NCBI RefSeq assembly: GCF_006345805.1
Contig: NC_043021.1
Coordinates: forward strand, 13,330,001 to 13,394,000
Reading direction: 5' to 3'
Source of the DNA: Octopus sinensis
Lineage: Eukaryota
DNA: 64,000 bases
The position numbers were made by a program, and so were the translations under genes. Below the pieces are notes generated by a model that was not told the DNA's origin, searched no databases, and worked only from the letters and a program-made list of their open reading frames with translations. Numbering within the stretch: position 1 is the stretch's first letter; every line of letters starts with the position of its first letter. Positions 1 through 13,742 of the stretch are shown one piece after another.

Positions 1-325
1 CACACGTGTCTTCTACTATAGCCTACGGCTGACGAAAGCCTTGTGAGTGGATTTGGTAGACAAAAACTGAAAGAAGCCTGTTGTATATATGTATATGTAT
101 ATATATGTGTGTATGTGTGTGTTTGTCCCCACCACCACTTCACAACTGGTGTTGATGTGCTTAGATTTTCGTAACTTAGCAGTTTGGCAAAAGAGATGGA
201 TAGAACAAGTAGCAGGCTTCACAAAGAAAATAATGTACTAGGGGTTGATACATTCGACTAAAACTTTAAGGTGGTGCCCCAACATGGCTGCAGTCTAATA
301 ACGACTGAATCAAGTAAAAGATAGA
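1..325 (+). mobile_element. SINE family A copy, 5' part cut by window edge
   Basis: Matches the family A body (ctatagcc...ttgtgagtggatttggtaga...aaactgaaagaagcc, internal microsatellite, tail ggtggtgccccaacatggctgcagtc...gactgaa...aagtaaaag) seen more than 15 times in the window. Confidence 0.85.
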
Positions 326-1147
326 AAAAAGAAAAAGGGGGCTTAGTACCCATGAGCTTTACATAAACATTTCCCTGATTGTTGAAGTTAATGCATATGT
401 ACAATCTGAACTGCTGTAGACCGATGTGGTTTATTTCCAGGTTGGCCCTGATCAAACAGAAACTATGATCATCGGCATTCCAGTCATGACCATCCTGTCA
501 TTTTCTTCTATAATGTATGAATAACGTTATCCAATACACCTGCTTATTCCTTTTTTAAAAGACAATGGGAAGGTGTACGATACAAGGGAAATTTGGTTGC
601 TATTTCTAGCAGGTCAAGCAATGATGTAGTGCCCCTGCCACCTGCCTCGTTTGCTCATTTTTCTGTTGCTTGATTGCCTATGTGCAGCGAAAAAAGAGAG
701 GCGGGGGTGCTATTTTCTGAAATTTGCTGTTCTGTGGTGGAAAGATTGAATATAGTGTGTGTATTTCTAATGTTTATTAGGTGGGCGACATATCGGGGTG
801 GATGGGCGAGGAGGAGGAGGAAGAGGAGGACTCAAGCAGAGATGCGGTATAGCGCAGAGTGGTTGCTAGTTCAGAAGAACAGAAGCCGTTGTATTAGGAC
901 TAGAGGAGGCAGAGAGAAGAAAGAAACAGCATATCTATAGTGGTGTGGGATGAAGATGGAGCACAGGAGATGCTGCATCATATAGAGAAAATGTTGGCCA
1001 TTCAGCTGGATGGCCCCGTCTTTTAAGGGGAGAAGTTATCTCAAATGTGTGTATGTGTAGCCGAGTGAGTAGCAGCAGCAGTAGTTTTGTCATCCTAACC
1101 CCTGTTTAATATCATCCTGCCCAAAGGCATCTGTGGTTCTATAAAAA

Positions 1148-1611
1148 GGCAGCAAGCTGGCAGAATCGTTAGCACGTCGGGCGAAATGCTTAGCGGTATT
1201 TCGTCTGCTCTACGTTCTGAGTTCAAATTCCACTGAGGTCGACTTTGACTTTCATCCTTTCGGGGGTCGATAAATTAAGTACCAATTACGCACTGGGCTC
1301 AATGTAATCGACTTAGTCCCTTTGTCTGTCCTTGTTTGTCCCCTCTATGTTTAGCCCCTTATGGGTAGTAAAGAAACAAAGGCGGTGAACTGGCAGAAAC
1401 GTTAGCACGCTGGGCAAAATGCGTAGCCATATTTCGTCTGCCGTTACGTTCTGAGTTCAAATTTCGACAAGATCGACTTTGCCTTTCATCCTTTCGGGGT
1501 TGATAAATTAAGTACCAATTATACACTGAGGTCGATGTAATCGACTTAATCCCTTTGTCTGTCCTTGTTTGTCCCCTCTGTGTTTAGCCCCTTGTGGGTA
1601 GTAAAGAAATA
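1148..1611 (+). mobile_element. Two tandem copies of SINE family B (tRNA-like head, Meta-domain-like core)
   Basis: Copies at 1148-1376 and 1381-1611: A-box-like tggcagaa.cgttagc, B-box gagttcaaattcc, core gtcgactttgcctttcatcctttcggggtcgataaattaagtacc, tail tttagccccttgtgggtagtaaagaaa. Confidence 0.85.
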
Positions 1612-1678
1612 GGTTCTAAGATATAAATTCCATGTTTTAATGTGATCTAAACTGAAAATCTTCCATCAAAATTCTATG

Positions 1679-2290
1679 TTAACCTTTTAGCATTCATATT
1701 ACCCTGTCAAATATAATTCTTATGTAGTCACATCGTTTTGAATTTACCATGCATTATCTTGTAGCTTTGAGATTTTGATGAGGTAACTTAACTTTTAGAA
1801 CGATATTGTAGGTTGGTGTGAGAGATCAGATCTGGACAGTTAATCCCTTAACCCTTTCATTACCATATTTATTTTGAGATGCTCTGTGTTTCTTTCGATT
1901 ATTTTAAATATAACAAAGAGTTTAGTAAAATAACTTAGTTATCATTAAGCTAGTGTTAGGAACATAAATTGTGCCAAAGGTTTGGTGGAAGATTTTAATT
2001 CAAAACTTATGAAAACAAGGTATTTGTACTACAGAGCCAGAGCCAGTTTCAGTTGGGTTGGTATCAAAAGGGTTAAGCATTCTGATTTCTCTGTAAAATG
2101 CCATGCTTATGTAGTCACATTGTTTTGATTTAATCATGCATTATCTTGTGGCTTTGAGATTTTGATAAGCTAACTATTTTTAGAATGACATTGTAGGGTT
2201 GGTGTGAAAGGCTAGATCTGGCTGCTTTGAACAGAAAACTGACAGAATCTTTGGACCGGAATATGGCTGGCATAAATGCTAAAAGGTTTA
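1679..2290. mobile_element. TTAA-flanked MITE family: one truncated and one interrupted copy
   Basis: Starts ttaaccttttagcatt and ends aatgctaaaaggttta. 1690-1840 is repeated at about 2077-2225. A related fragment lies at 19252-19360. Confidence 0.65.
1852..2072. mobile_element. piggyBac-like MITE nested in the previous MITE
   Basis: TTAA on both sides (1848-1851, 2073-2076); imperfect TIRs ccctttcattacca / tggtatcaaaaggg. Confidence 0.65.
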
Positions 2291-2373
2291 TTTATATTCT
2301 AAATACTAGCTTAATAACAACACAATTATTTTAATAGATATTTCATTATTTTCAAAATTAATTGAACAAAACA

Positions 2374-2753
2374 GGCGTAAGAGTGGCTGTGTGGTAAGTA
2401 GCTTGCTTACCAACCACATGGTTCTGGGTTCAGTCCCACTGCGTGGCATCTTGAGCAAGTGTCTTCTACTATAGCCTCAAGTAAACCAAAGCCTTGTGAG
2501 TGGATTTGGTAGACGGAAACTGAAAGAAGCCTGTCATGTATATGTATATATGTGTGTGTGTGTTTGTCCCACCAACATCGCTTGACAACCAATGCTAGTG
2601 TGTTTACGTCCCCGTAACTTAGCAGTTCGGCAAAAAAAGAGACCGATAGAATAAGCACTAGGCTTACAAAGAATAAGTCCTGGGGTCGATTTTCTCGACT
2701 AAGAGCAGTGCTCCAGCATGGCCGCAGTCAAATGACTGAAACAAGTAAAAGAG
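2374..2753 (+). mobile_element. SINE family A, full length (tRNA-derived, CORE-like segment)
   Basis: ggcgtaagagtggctgtgtggtaag (A box), gggttcagtccc (B box), CORE-like cttgagcaagtgtctt, internal (TA)/(TG) tract, tail gactgaaacaagtaaaagag. Confidence 0.9.
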
Positions 2754-3484
2754 ATCATGCAAAAAAAAAAAAAGAAAAAGAGACTGATTTGTAGGATCTT
2801 TGTTGATTTGGGGTTAAATAACAACAACAACAAGAATATGTTCTTGTGGTCCAACCCTGACAATAATCAGAGACATGGTAGTTGTACCAATTCTGTCTGT
2901 GTTCCAGTTACATATCCCAAAATCTGCACTATCCCACCATTTTAAAGATTTGGCTGCTATTTTCTGCAGAACAAGTGACCACATAGGTTCCCTCATTGGT
3001 TCCTAGTGGCAGTAGTAGTAGTAGTAGTAGTAGTAGTAGCAGCAGTGATGGTTAGATAGTTTATTACTTTTTATGAAAGAGCCAAATTGTTAACTGACAA
3101 TCGAAATTCCACAAACCAATAATTCTTGGAATTGTTGGTGCCAACAGAACAATTGAAAAATAACTCGATAATCTATACAAAAAAAATAACTTCCTACTGC
3201 CAAAATGCCAAACAAAATGCCTGGCAGAATTTAACCCATACATTAATAGACATGCATACTTCTATTTCTCTCAATGCGTGCACATGTGTGTGTGTGTGTG
3301 TGCGTGTGTACATAACTGTCATCATTCAACAACCGTTTTCCATGCTGGCATGGGTTGGACGGCATAACAGGAACTGGCCAGCTGAAGTGCTGCTCAACTT
3401 TCATGCCAGTTTTAGCATGGTTTCTACAGCTGGATGCCCTTCCTAACACCAAACACTTAACAGAGTGTACTGGGTGCTTGTACA

Positions 3485-3877
3485 ATGTTACTATTGTTTT
3501 TAGCCCCAGGAAGACATCTCCTCCAGCTGGTTAACGTCACATAGTCTGTGTCCAATTAGTATTTGCGAGGGGAGGTCATTGCTCCCGTCTCTAGCCTTAT
3601 GTGATACACACAAACCCAGGTTTCTGAGTAGTTACTCGTCTTCAGTGTGTGATAATCGCCAGCTAGTGATGAAAACTCATTTCACTCGCAAAGGAAGAAA
3701 TAAGTTATATTAAATCTCTGAGACGGGTAACTACCCAGAAACCTGGGTCTGTGTGTATCACATAAGGTTAGAGATGGGAACGATGACCTCCCCTCACAAA
3801 TACTAATTGGACACACACAGTGTGTTGTTAGCCAGCTGGAGGAGACGTCTTCCTAGGGCTAAAAACAACAGTAACAT
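3485..3877. mobile_element. Fold-back element (about 160-bp inverted arms, about 70-bp spacer) with hammerhead motifs; Penelope-like pLTR derivative
   Basis: Arm 3485-3645 is the diverged reverse complement of 3718-3877; both arms carry a hammerhead-like motif next to the spacer. Confidence 0.75.
3607..3651 (-). ncRNA. Minimal type-I hammerhead ribozyme motif
   Basis: Minus strand reads cacaca-CTGAAGA-c-gagt-aact-actc-a-GAAA-cctggg-TT-tgtgtg: 6-bp stem I, 4-bp stem II with a C.A mismatch at its base, short stem III, GUU site. Confidence 0.7.
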
Positions 3878-3920
3878 CGTCCTCTATGGGACCACCACAT
3901 TTAGTTGAGAAATATATTTT

Positions 3921-3991
<71 letters not shown>

Positions 3992-4841
3992 TTGCATACA
4001 CACCTTTGTGTGTGCATATTTATAAATATGTATATATAGTTATATGTATTATTTTGTTTCAGTCAATGGACTGTGGCCATGCTGGGGTATTGCCTTGAAG
4101 AATTTCTAGTCAAATAAATTGACCCCAGTACAAATTTTATCAGCCGCTTTTGCTGAACTGCTAAGTTACATATATATAACCACTAAGTTACACACGCACA
4201 AATATGTGCACATGCATCTTTATATAAGGTGAATTGGCAGAATTGTCAAAGTGTTAGATAGGATGCCTTCTAGTATTTAGTTCTGGTTCTCTGCACACTG
4301 AGTTCAAATCCTGCTGAGGTGAGTCAACTCTGCTATTAATCCTTTCGGGCCATCCAGAGTAGAGGATTGGCAGAAGTGTTAAAGAGTTGGGTGAGATAGC
4401 TCATTATATCTGCTCCGACTCTTAGCATTCTGACAGCAATGCCTGCAGCAACACTGGTGCCAAACTGTATCATCCCAAATTGGCAGCCTTTTCCTAGGAT
4501 AAACATTGGTGGCTGGTGCAGAGAGGGGTGACTTGCATACTTGCAAGCATGGGATACAGTTTTCTTTAAAAAAAAATCTTGCCCAGGCTTGTGCAGACAA
4601 GTGAAAATGAATGGACAACACTAACCAATAGAAGCCATATATATATATTTGATAGATAGATATAAAAATCGATATAGATATAAATACATATATATTTATA
4701 TACAGAAAGATATATAGACATAAAAATCGATATAGATAGATATAAATACATATTTATATACAGATAGATATATACACATATATAGATACACAGAGGCAAA
4801 TAGACACATATTTAGACAGACTGACAGACAAATAGATAGAA

Positions 4842-4884
<43 letters not shown>

Positions 4885-5209
4885 TGTAGACAAACAGGTT
4901 TGTGTGTGTGTGGTGAACACAATTCATTCTATATTTCAACATAAAAAAACCACAAAAGTCCTCAATAAAGTGCCGTTGTGGGGCAGTGGGTACAGAGAAT
5001 TGATTGTAGTTCGCTTAATAATTAACAATACAAATTCACAATGACTGTTTAATGAACATAAATATAACTAAAAATATGTGTGGGTTCATATATAGATGTA
5101 TGTGTGTGCGGGGGGGGGGAGAACTTAGTATTTGACTGATTAAAAAAATGTGATTATTCTATATATAGTATCTGTTTCCTTTAAACTATTAATCAACTAT
5201 ATATATATA

Positions 5210-5251
<42 letters not shown>

Positions 5252-6879
5252 TATACGCGCGCACACACAAGCACATATACATATAAATCTTTCTACTGCT
5301 ACAGGAAAAAGGCCTGAAATTTTAGGGGACGGGGTAAGTCGATTGGTATTTATTTTACAGGATCCGGAAAAGTGAAAGGCAGAGTCGACCTGGGCGGAAT
5401 TCGAACTCAAAATGTAAAGTCGGCAGAAATGCCGCTAAAGATTTTGTCATAGATAAATGTATATGCGTGTGATAAAATTATGTGTGTGTATACACATAAG
5501 CATACATTATAGATGATATACCACTTACATATATAAACAGATGTGTTTGTGTATCTGAATAAACGTCTGTATATATACATATATGTATGTGTGTACATGT
5601 GTGAGTGTGTTTATGCATGCGTACGTATGTATACGTATGCGGTGATGGCTTAACTAGTTGAAAAATCGAAGCCCCTGTCAGGAGCATTCTTGTATAAGAA
5701 CAATAAACTGGTATTCTACAAAAGTGTACAGTAAACCATCAGATTAATGTAAAATTGTTTCATTGTAACTGAACATAAAACCAAACATAAATACATACAC
5801 AGAGAGAGAGAGGAGAAAGTCATTGTAGAGAACCTAGTTTCACATTATAATTTAAGCCGCAGTTCGGTCCGGTGGACCGACCATATTTACATAAAAAGAA
5901 AAGAGAGAGAGAGAATCTATCTATAACCCATTCTAGTTTATTTCTTCAAGGCTAGTGTGTATCTTAGATTAACACTACCCATTTCCTATTTCCTTAACTT
6001 GAGATAAGATTCGGTCGCTAATTCGAGCAAACCGCCAAGTGGTTTCCGCGTTTAAGACCCTCCTAAGGGTAGATGTTCGCGGGAGCAGCTTAGATTCTAC
6101 CGCACATGTGCTGTTTCCTGAGAGACCAAGAGACCATCTTCAGCCATAATCTGAACACACACGACAAACATAGACATATAGAAACTCGCCAGTCTTTTTA
6201 TATTTGGTAGAGATGGCCATGAATAAATTTGGAGTAATTTATTTTATTCAATATAATTGAAAAGAGTAATGAATAGCTACGTGGAAGTTTTCTATCTATC
6301 TATCTATCTATCTATCTACACACACACACATACATATTTTCTGTTTTCCAGTTTCAGCTCTTGAGCTGTGGCCATGCTGGGGCACCGCCATTTATGTATA
6401 TATATACACACATATGTGCACAAACATACACATATATAAATGTATACACACATATAAATATACACATACACACACACACAACCATATATATATATACCCA
6501 TGTACATATATATACGTACATCGCTTGTAGGTTGATACGTGTAAAGATTATGATAGAGGAAGCCGCCTATATAATTGTGTATATGATGTGAGTGTATGCA
6601 TATATATATATGTATGTATGTATACACACAAACACACACAGAGATATCACATAATCTGCACTGACAGTCCTCAGTAAAACATCTGATATTTTCCAGTCGC
6701 ACAGAAAAAGAAGGAAAAAAAAAAAGAGAAAGCACCCTCCCCCACACACACTTATAAACATATACTCAGTACTATGTCCATAAACAAAAAAAAACTATAT
6801 ACACGATTACCACAAAAATATTACCAGCCGCCTTCCCCAGCTAAAAAAAATTAAGCTAAAAGCATGCTTAAAGGCCTAC

Positions 6880-6914
6880 CTCATACAAAAGCCGAAAAAT
6901 CGTAGTAACTGCAT
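6880..6914 (-). CDS. Possible first coding exon (MQLLRFFGFCM+AG) of an unidentified gene
   Basis: Minus strand caac-ATG CAG TTA CTA CGA TTT TTC GGC TTT TGT ATG AG|gtaggc in non-repeat sequence; no downstream exon identified. Confidence 0.2.
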
Positions 6915-7119
6915 GTTGAGGTGTGCTGGATGGAGTAAAATACGGTGGAAATCAACTGAGTATGGTGAATAATAACGATCGTTTTCTTCCGTTTTGTTGT
7001 TGTTTTGCTCTGTATGTGTTTGTTGTTATTGTTTTACAGCGTCAGAGGCACAGAGGGTGAGAGAAAGCCTGTCAGGTCCATGTCGGTTCGTAAAGGGCAC
7101 TGGCTGTGTGATAAACTTA

Positions 7120-8050
7120 ACGGTAGCAAAGGAAGGAGGCACAGAGAGAGGCGAAGGAGGGGGGATGTAGAAAGACTGAAAGCGAGATGGAGAGGAGAGG
7201 AGAGGAGAGCGATGGTGTTATAATGATAGTGGGAGGTGTAAACATGGTGAATGGCAGGGAGAGAGGGGAGAGTGAGAAGAAGTTGAGAAAGGAAGGGAAG
7301 CTAGAGTGTGAGAGTGAGAGAGAAAAAGATAGTGAAAGCGCGTGAGTGTGAGGGGAAGAAAGAAGAGAAAGAAAGATGTTTAGAGATGAAGGATGGAGAG
7401 TGGTGGAGATGGAGAAGTCAATGAGTTAGTATCACAATAATGGCGAGGGGGAGAATAAAGATGAAGAATGAAAGGTAGGGAGAGGTAGAGACATAGATAG
7501 AGAGAAAGAATGAGTGAGTGAGTAAAAAGAGGAAAAAGAAAAGCAAGAAGGAAGGAGTTTATTGATGGAGAAACCAATGCTGTAGTGACAGAACAAGATG
7601 GGAGAGAGGAGAAACACGATGAGCGGGAAAGACAGAGAGAGAAAGAGAAATAGAGATAAAGTGAAAGAGCGGTATGAGGACGAGGAAGGAGAGGAAGAGG
7701 TTTACAGATAGAGAAGAGGAGAGTGAGCGCGCTAGTATCACAGTAATGGCGAGGGGGAAGATATGATAAATGAAGGGTTGGAAGAAAGACAGGGGGGAAA
7801 GAAGAAAGGGGGTCAATTGATCGGCGGAAAAAGGAAAAGTAGAGTATTTCATAGAAAGAGAGATCGATGTCCATCCAGTGTAAAACCGGGGAATGAAGAC
7901 AGAAACTGGGTAAGACGGCGTGTGCATTTGAATATAGTAAGACATAGAGAGAGAGGGGGGGATGAGCATATACTAGAGAACTGGAAGAAGAGAGAAATTA
8001 TTCAAGTAGAAAGTAGAGAGATGAAGAGAGAAGAAGAATTTAAAGAGGAC
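7120..8050. repeat. Polypurine (GA-rich) low-complexity tract
   Basis: Strong purine bias on the plus strand; internal duplication tagtatcaca.taatggcgaggggg near 7427 and 7732. Confidence 0.75.
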
Positions 8051-8083
8051 AAATCTTCATTTGTCTTAGTAATGACAGCTAGT

Positions 8084-8124
<41 letters not shown>

Positions 8125-8220
8125 TGATAGATAGATATGTAGATAGATAGATAGAGATAGATAGATAGACAGACGATAGATAGATAGATTGATAGATAGA
8201 CAGACGATAGATAGACAGAC

Positions 8221-8295
<75 letters not shown>

Positions 8296-8380
8296 TGATA
8301 GATAGATAGATATAGAGATAGATAGATAGAGATAGATAGATAGACAGACGATAGATAGATAGATTGATAGATAGACAGAC

Positions 8381-8422
<42 letters not shown>

Positions 8423-8620
8423 AAGAAAGAGAGATAGACAGATTGATAGATAGATATGTAGATAGATAGATAGATAGATAGATATAGAGATAGATAGATA
8501 GACAGACGATAGATAGATAGATTGATAGATAGACAGACGATAGATAGATAGATAGATAGAAAACAGATGGATGACGGACATAGATAGATGAGAGATAGAT
8601 AGATAGATAGATAGATAGAT
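8084..8620. repeat. (GATA)n satellite with recurring GACAGAC and GATT variants
   Basis: About 540 bp of GATA tetramers; the motif gatagacagacgatagatagatagatt recurs. Confidence 0.95.
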
Positions 8621-8811
8621 GACCTACACAGGAAGGGAAAGAATGTCAGTGAAATGGAAGCGTAGGAGGTGGTGGTGGTGGTGACGATGAAGGCTGGACA
8701 TCAGCAGACTGGAAATGAAGCCTAATATCTGTTGTGCTTGTTTTTGTGGTCCAAGGTCAACTCTAATCTAGTATATATATCTGTTCAACGACATTCTGGC
8801 CATGACCAACC

Positions 8812-9282
<471 letters not shown>

Positions 9283-10141
9283 TCCTTTATCTGAAATGCT
9301 TTTTCGAGTGATGCCAAATGTTTTGCTTTTCATTTTGTATTTTAATCTATCTACACACATATAAATATATTAGTCTAATATTGGGGCATATAAGCGCTCG
9401 ACGGAAAAAAAGTACGGTTTGCCGTACCCATAGGAATGGAACCCACATCTCTATGTATTCGCGCCCTTAGTCAATGCACGGTGATTGCTTATAAGCTTTA
9501 AGCTTATAAACATTATTATTATTATTTACAAAGGTGTAAAATTCAGCACCGGTTATCAAATAACCGCATATATATATATTTAGTCGATTTGCTCGACTAA
9601 AGGCGGTGCTCCAGCATGGCCGCAGTCAAATGACTGAAACAAGTAAAAGAGTACTATATATATATATATAGTACATCTATTAACTAAGGTATTCTTTCTT
9701 CTTTTAAAACTGGCAAGCGATTTGAGGAAGGTTTCGTTACTATCTCTTGCAAACCAAACGGCTGCTCTGTGGATCCCTTTAATGGTTCATTTCAGGTGTA
9801 ATTTGTTGTAGATTTCGGGCTGCTAATTCTAGCAGGCCGAACAATAAGTAATGTGTTGGGGCTATCCCCACAGACCCAAACGTATTTGGAAGAGGTTTGC
9901 AGTTACGTTGTCTTAAAGGACACCCCTCACTGCCTCTGACGTGTTTTGAGGGAGATTTTTAGCTATTATTTCTAGACAGGTCGTGCTACCGCATGTAGTC
10001 AGCGGCTCTCCTCTAATTGCTTCGATGTAAGTAAGAGACGTGTTAAAAAGGCAAGTAAAAATGCCGGTTAACATGCTCAATGGAAAAGTACGAGGAAGTA
10101 GTTTAAATTACGGCTTTGATGCTGATAATGATTCACAACAG

Positions 10142-10197
10142 GTGTGAAGTTTGTAGCAGACGGAACGGTAAGGATGGCGAAGAAGCAGTGGAGGAAG
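10142..10197 (+). CDS. Possible 56-bp exon ((G)VKFVADGTVRMAKKQWRK)
   Basis: cag|...AAG|gtaagt consensus donor and an open frame, but the acceptor lacks a polypyrimidine tract and no homology is recognised. Confidence 0.15.
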
Positions 10198-11817
10198 GTA
10201 AGTTCAATAATGAATAAATGAATGGACGGCCGAACCGACAGGTCGTTCCGGTCATCAGTAATGAAAAATACAGCGGCAACAGCAACAGAAATCGACGGAC
10301 TTTTTATTTTTGATTTTTAAGTGTTTCCTTCTTATTTATAATTCGATTCACTGGAATTATGCAATCCTCAGTATATGACTGGTATTATGTTTTTTTTTTT
10401 TAATACTGGTGCCAGAAGGATGGGATAAGATAGCGAAAGCTCGGCGGCATTTGAATTCAGAGCGTGGTTGCTCGACCTGCGAGACGCGACAGTCTTGAAA
10501 TGACATTCGTCTTGGAAGGAAGGAAGGATGCGATGAATATCGTGGTCCCAATCACTGTGAGAGAATAATACAGTTTTAGGCATGTCTGAAAAACCTGTGA
10601 TCATAGTACACTCGATCAGAGCTAACCTGGGGCTGCACACACCACAGTCGTTTCGATCTGCTAGGAATAACAGTTAAATCTCCCATGAATCGCTTGAATA
10701 GAGAAAAAAAAAAACCGCGAGGAAAGAAGAAACTACAAGATGGTGTGATTTAAGATTCGACAAAGTCTGAATAAAATAAAAAAAAAAAGATTGGAGGGAG
10801 GTCACGGTCGTGACCTGGGGTTAAACAATTACAAATCTGCTGTAATTGTTTAGCCCCGGGCCACCAACGAAGAATTATAATAAACGAAGGAAGCGACTGT
10901 GCAGCAGATATCAGCTGAAATGTCTGCAAAGACGAAGCGCCGGTGCTTGAGCAATAAAATAAGGGGGAAAAAATATTAATAATAATAACAACAATATCAA
11001 TAAATAACTAGTTCAAGAAGCGAAGACTCTCCTGGGGGATATAAGAAAAGGGTGGCAAGGAAACAACAAGGCCAAGAAAGATGCACTTTTGTTCAATATA
11101 CTGAAGTAAATTGGTAGGGAAGCAATTAAAATGGAAGGCTGGCGTGTGTACGATTGATGGAGGAATACAGAAGCAATTATGAATAGTAATTAGTCGTAAT
11201 AGCAACACAGAAAGACGTGGCCTGAATGTGCTGCAGAAATAGCAGTGGTAGTAGTGGTGGTGGTGGTGGTGGTGGTGGCCAGTGTGGGCTTAAATATATA
11301 ATTGCAATAGTAGTAAGATAGGGTAGCATGGCTTAAGTATGTATGCGTCTGTATGCGATAGTAGTAATAGCATCTGGTTGAGAGGTATTGGGCAGCGTGT
11401 CCGCCGTGTGCAGTTGCTGCAGCAGCAGTTGTAAATAATGAGGTCGAAGTTGGTCCGGTCAATTGGAGGACGGAAGTGCGGCACGACACACACTATAGAG
11501 CCAAAATAATAGGAAATAGAAAAAAAAATCTGGGTTTTGTCATAAAAAGTTTTGTCTGTAATACTTAATGAACAAAGACGGGCCAGTTTACTAGGGTTCT
11601 AAAGTACAAAAGTTCTTTGGAAGTCAAGTTCAAAGTACTCTGTATGTGTGTGTGTGTGTAAGCGCGCGTGTATAATGAACTGAATGACACTGAAATTTCT
11701 CTTCGGGTCACTATGCGGTCGTTCTAACTGCGAGAAATAGCAACGGAATTTTTTAGGCTTAAGGAAAAGAACGTTATTAGACAATGAAGTCCTCTCTATG
11801 AAACACACACACACACT

Positions 11818-12010
11818 ACTCTTTTACTAGTTTCGGTCATTTGACTGTGGCCATGCTGGAGCACCGCCTTTAGTCGAGTAAATCGACCCCAGGACTTATT
11901 CTTTGTAAGCCTAGTACTTATTCTATCAGTCACTTTTGCCGAACTGCTAAGTTACGGGGACGTAAACACACCAGCATCGGTTGTCAAGCGATGCTGGGGG
12001 CACAAACACA

Positions 12011-12086
<76 letters not shown>

Positions 12087-12219
12087 TACGACGAGCTTCT
12101 TTCAGTTTCCGTCTACCAAATCCACTCACAAAGCTTTGGTCGGCCTGAGGCTATAGTAGAAGACACTTGCCCAAGGTGCCACGCAGTGGGACTGAACCCG
12201 AAACCATGTGGTTCGTTAG
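11818..12219 (-). mobile_element. SINE family A copy
   Basis: Reverse complement of the family A consensus, missing the extreme 5' end. Confidence 0.9.
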
Positions 12220-12697
12220 ACTGGATTATTGCGACCTTTGAACGTAGGCCCATTCAATCAGAACTATCTTGAGAGCTAAACGGCTTTTAAAATTTTTTTT
12301 CCCTTTTCATCTTTTCAGTTTATTTTCTCACTGCTTGTTAAATTTCAAAAACAATTCTGTATTGAGTCACGAAAAATTATATTTTTCAATTATCTGGTTG
12401 GGTGCATAATAAATTTACGTTGTAAATTTTAAAATTAAAGAATTAGATAAAATTGCGAGATGTTCCTCTTTGGTAAGATAAACTCAAAGAAATTCACTGG
12501 ATCTTTGAGGAACTGCAACCGAATGTCGTATTAAAGGGAAAGACACAGTGAGTAATGTAGTACAAAATATATTTGTCTGGTAAAAGAGAATACCAGAATG
12601 GTCACGACTGGAACGTCTTTTAATAAAGCTTTAGTCTTAAAACAACCCTCAAAATAAAAAAGCGCTACTGATAACGAGAGCTTGAGGCTATATGCCA

Positions 12698-12926
12698 GCG
12701 GCGAGCTGGCAGATCCGTTAGCACGCCGGGCGAAATGCGTAGCCGTATTTCGTCTGCCGTTACGTTCTGAGTTCAAATTCCGCCGAGGTCGACTTTGCCT
12801 TTCATCCTTTCGGGGTCGATAAATTAAGTACCAGTTACGCACTGGGGTCGATATAATCGACTTAATCCGTTTGTCTGTCCTTGTTTGTCCTCTCTGTGTT
12901 TAGCCCCTTGTGGATAGTAAAGAAAT
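12698..12926 (+). mobile_element. SINE family B, full length, CpG-intact
   Basis: gcggcgagctggcagatccgttagcacgccgggcgaaatgcg...gagttcaaattccgccgaggtcgac...agtaaagaaat. Confidence 0.9.
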
Positions 12927-13330
12927 ATATATGTTAGAAAGAGTAATTAAATCAGCCACAAAGCAGTTCTAAATACAGAAGGAAATCCATCCTTGGAGAA
13001 TGTAACCCTAGATACATTATGACAATTAAAAAAATCATGATGGTCATGAACGGAATGCTGTTGCATCAAGGTTGACCTGTCACGACAGAGAGGATAAATA
13101 CCAGGCCGGATAAGACCAGCTAAATATAGAGCCAAATCCACACCCTGCCGTCTCAAAAAATACAGAGGAGACTTTTGATAATGTTGTCCGAGATATATTG
13201 TTTCTGAAAGAGACAAAAAGAAAAAAGACTGGCCTCAGCTGAACAGCTTTGGATCATAAGTCTGGCATCTAATCAAAAGCGTTCCAGCCGTGATGATCCA
13301 TTTTTTTTAAAGACTATATCATGCAAGATA

Positions 13331-13742
13331 GGCGCAGGAGTGGCTGTGTGGTAAGTAGCTTGCTAACCAACCACATGGTTCCGGGTTCAGTCCCACTGCG
13401 TGGTATCTTGGGCAAGTGTCTTCTGCTATAGCCTCGGGCCGACCAAAGCCTTGTGAGTGGATTTGGTAGACGGAAACTGATAGAAGCCTGTCGTATATAT
13501 GTATATATAGATATGTGTGTGTGTGTGTGTGTGTGTGTGTTTGTCCCCCTAGTATTGCTTGACAACCGATGCTGGTGTGTTTACGTCACCGTAACTTAGC
13601 GGTTCGGCAAAAGAGACCGATAGAATAAGTACTGGGCTTACAAAGAATAAGTCCCGGGGTTGATTTGCTCCACTAAAGGCGGTGCTCCAGCATGGCCGCA
13701 GTCAAATGACTGAAACAAGTAAAAGAGAGAGAGAGAGTAAAG
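13331..13742 (+). mobile_element. SINE family A, full length
   Basis: ggcgcaggagtggctgtgtggtaag...gactgaaacaagtaaaagag. Confidence 0.9.

Noticed and set aside
6092-6152. Minus-strand CTGAAGA...GAAA-cagcacatgtgcgg-TA hammerhead candidate
   Set aside because: Palindromic stem III is suggestive, but stem II does not pair and stem I is not adjacent to the core.
7763-8086. 107-aa Lys/Arg/Glu-rich ORF
   Set aside because: Consequence of the polypurine tract; no recognisable motif.
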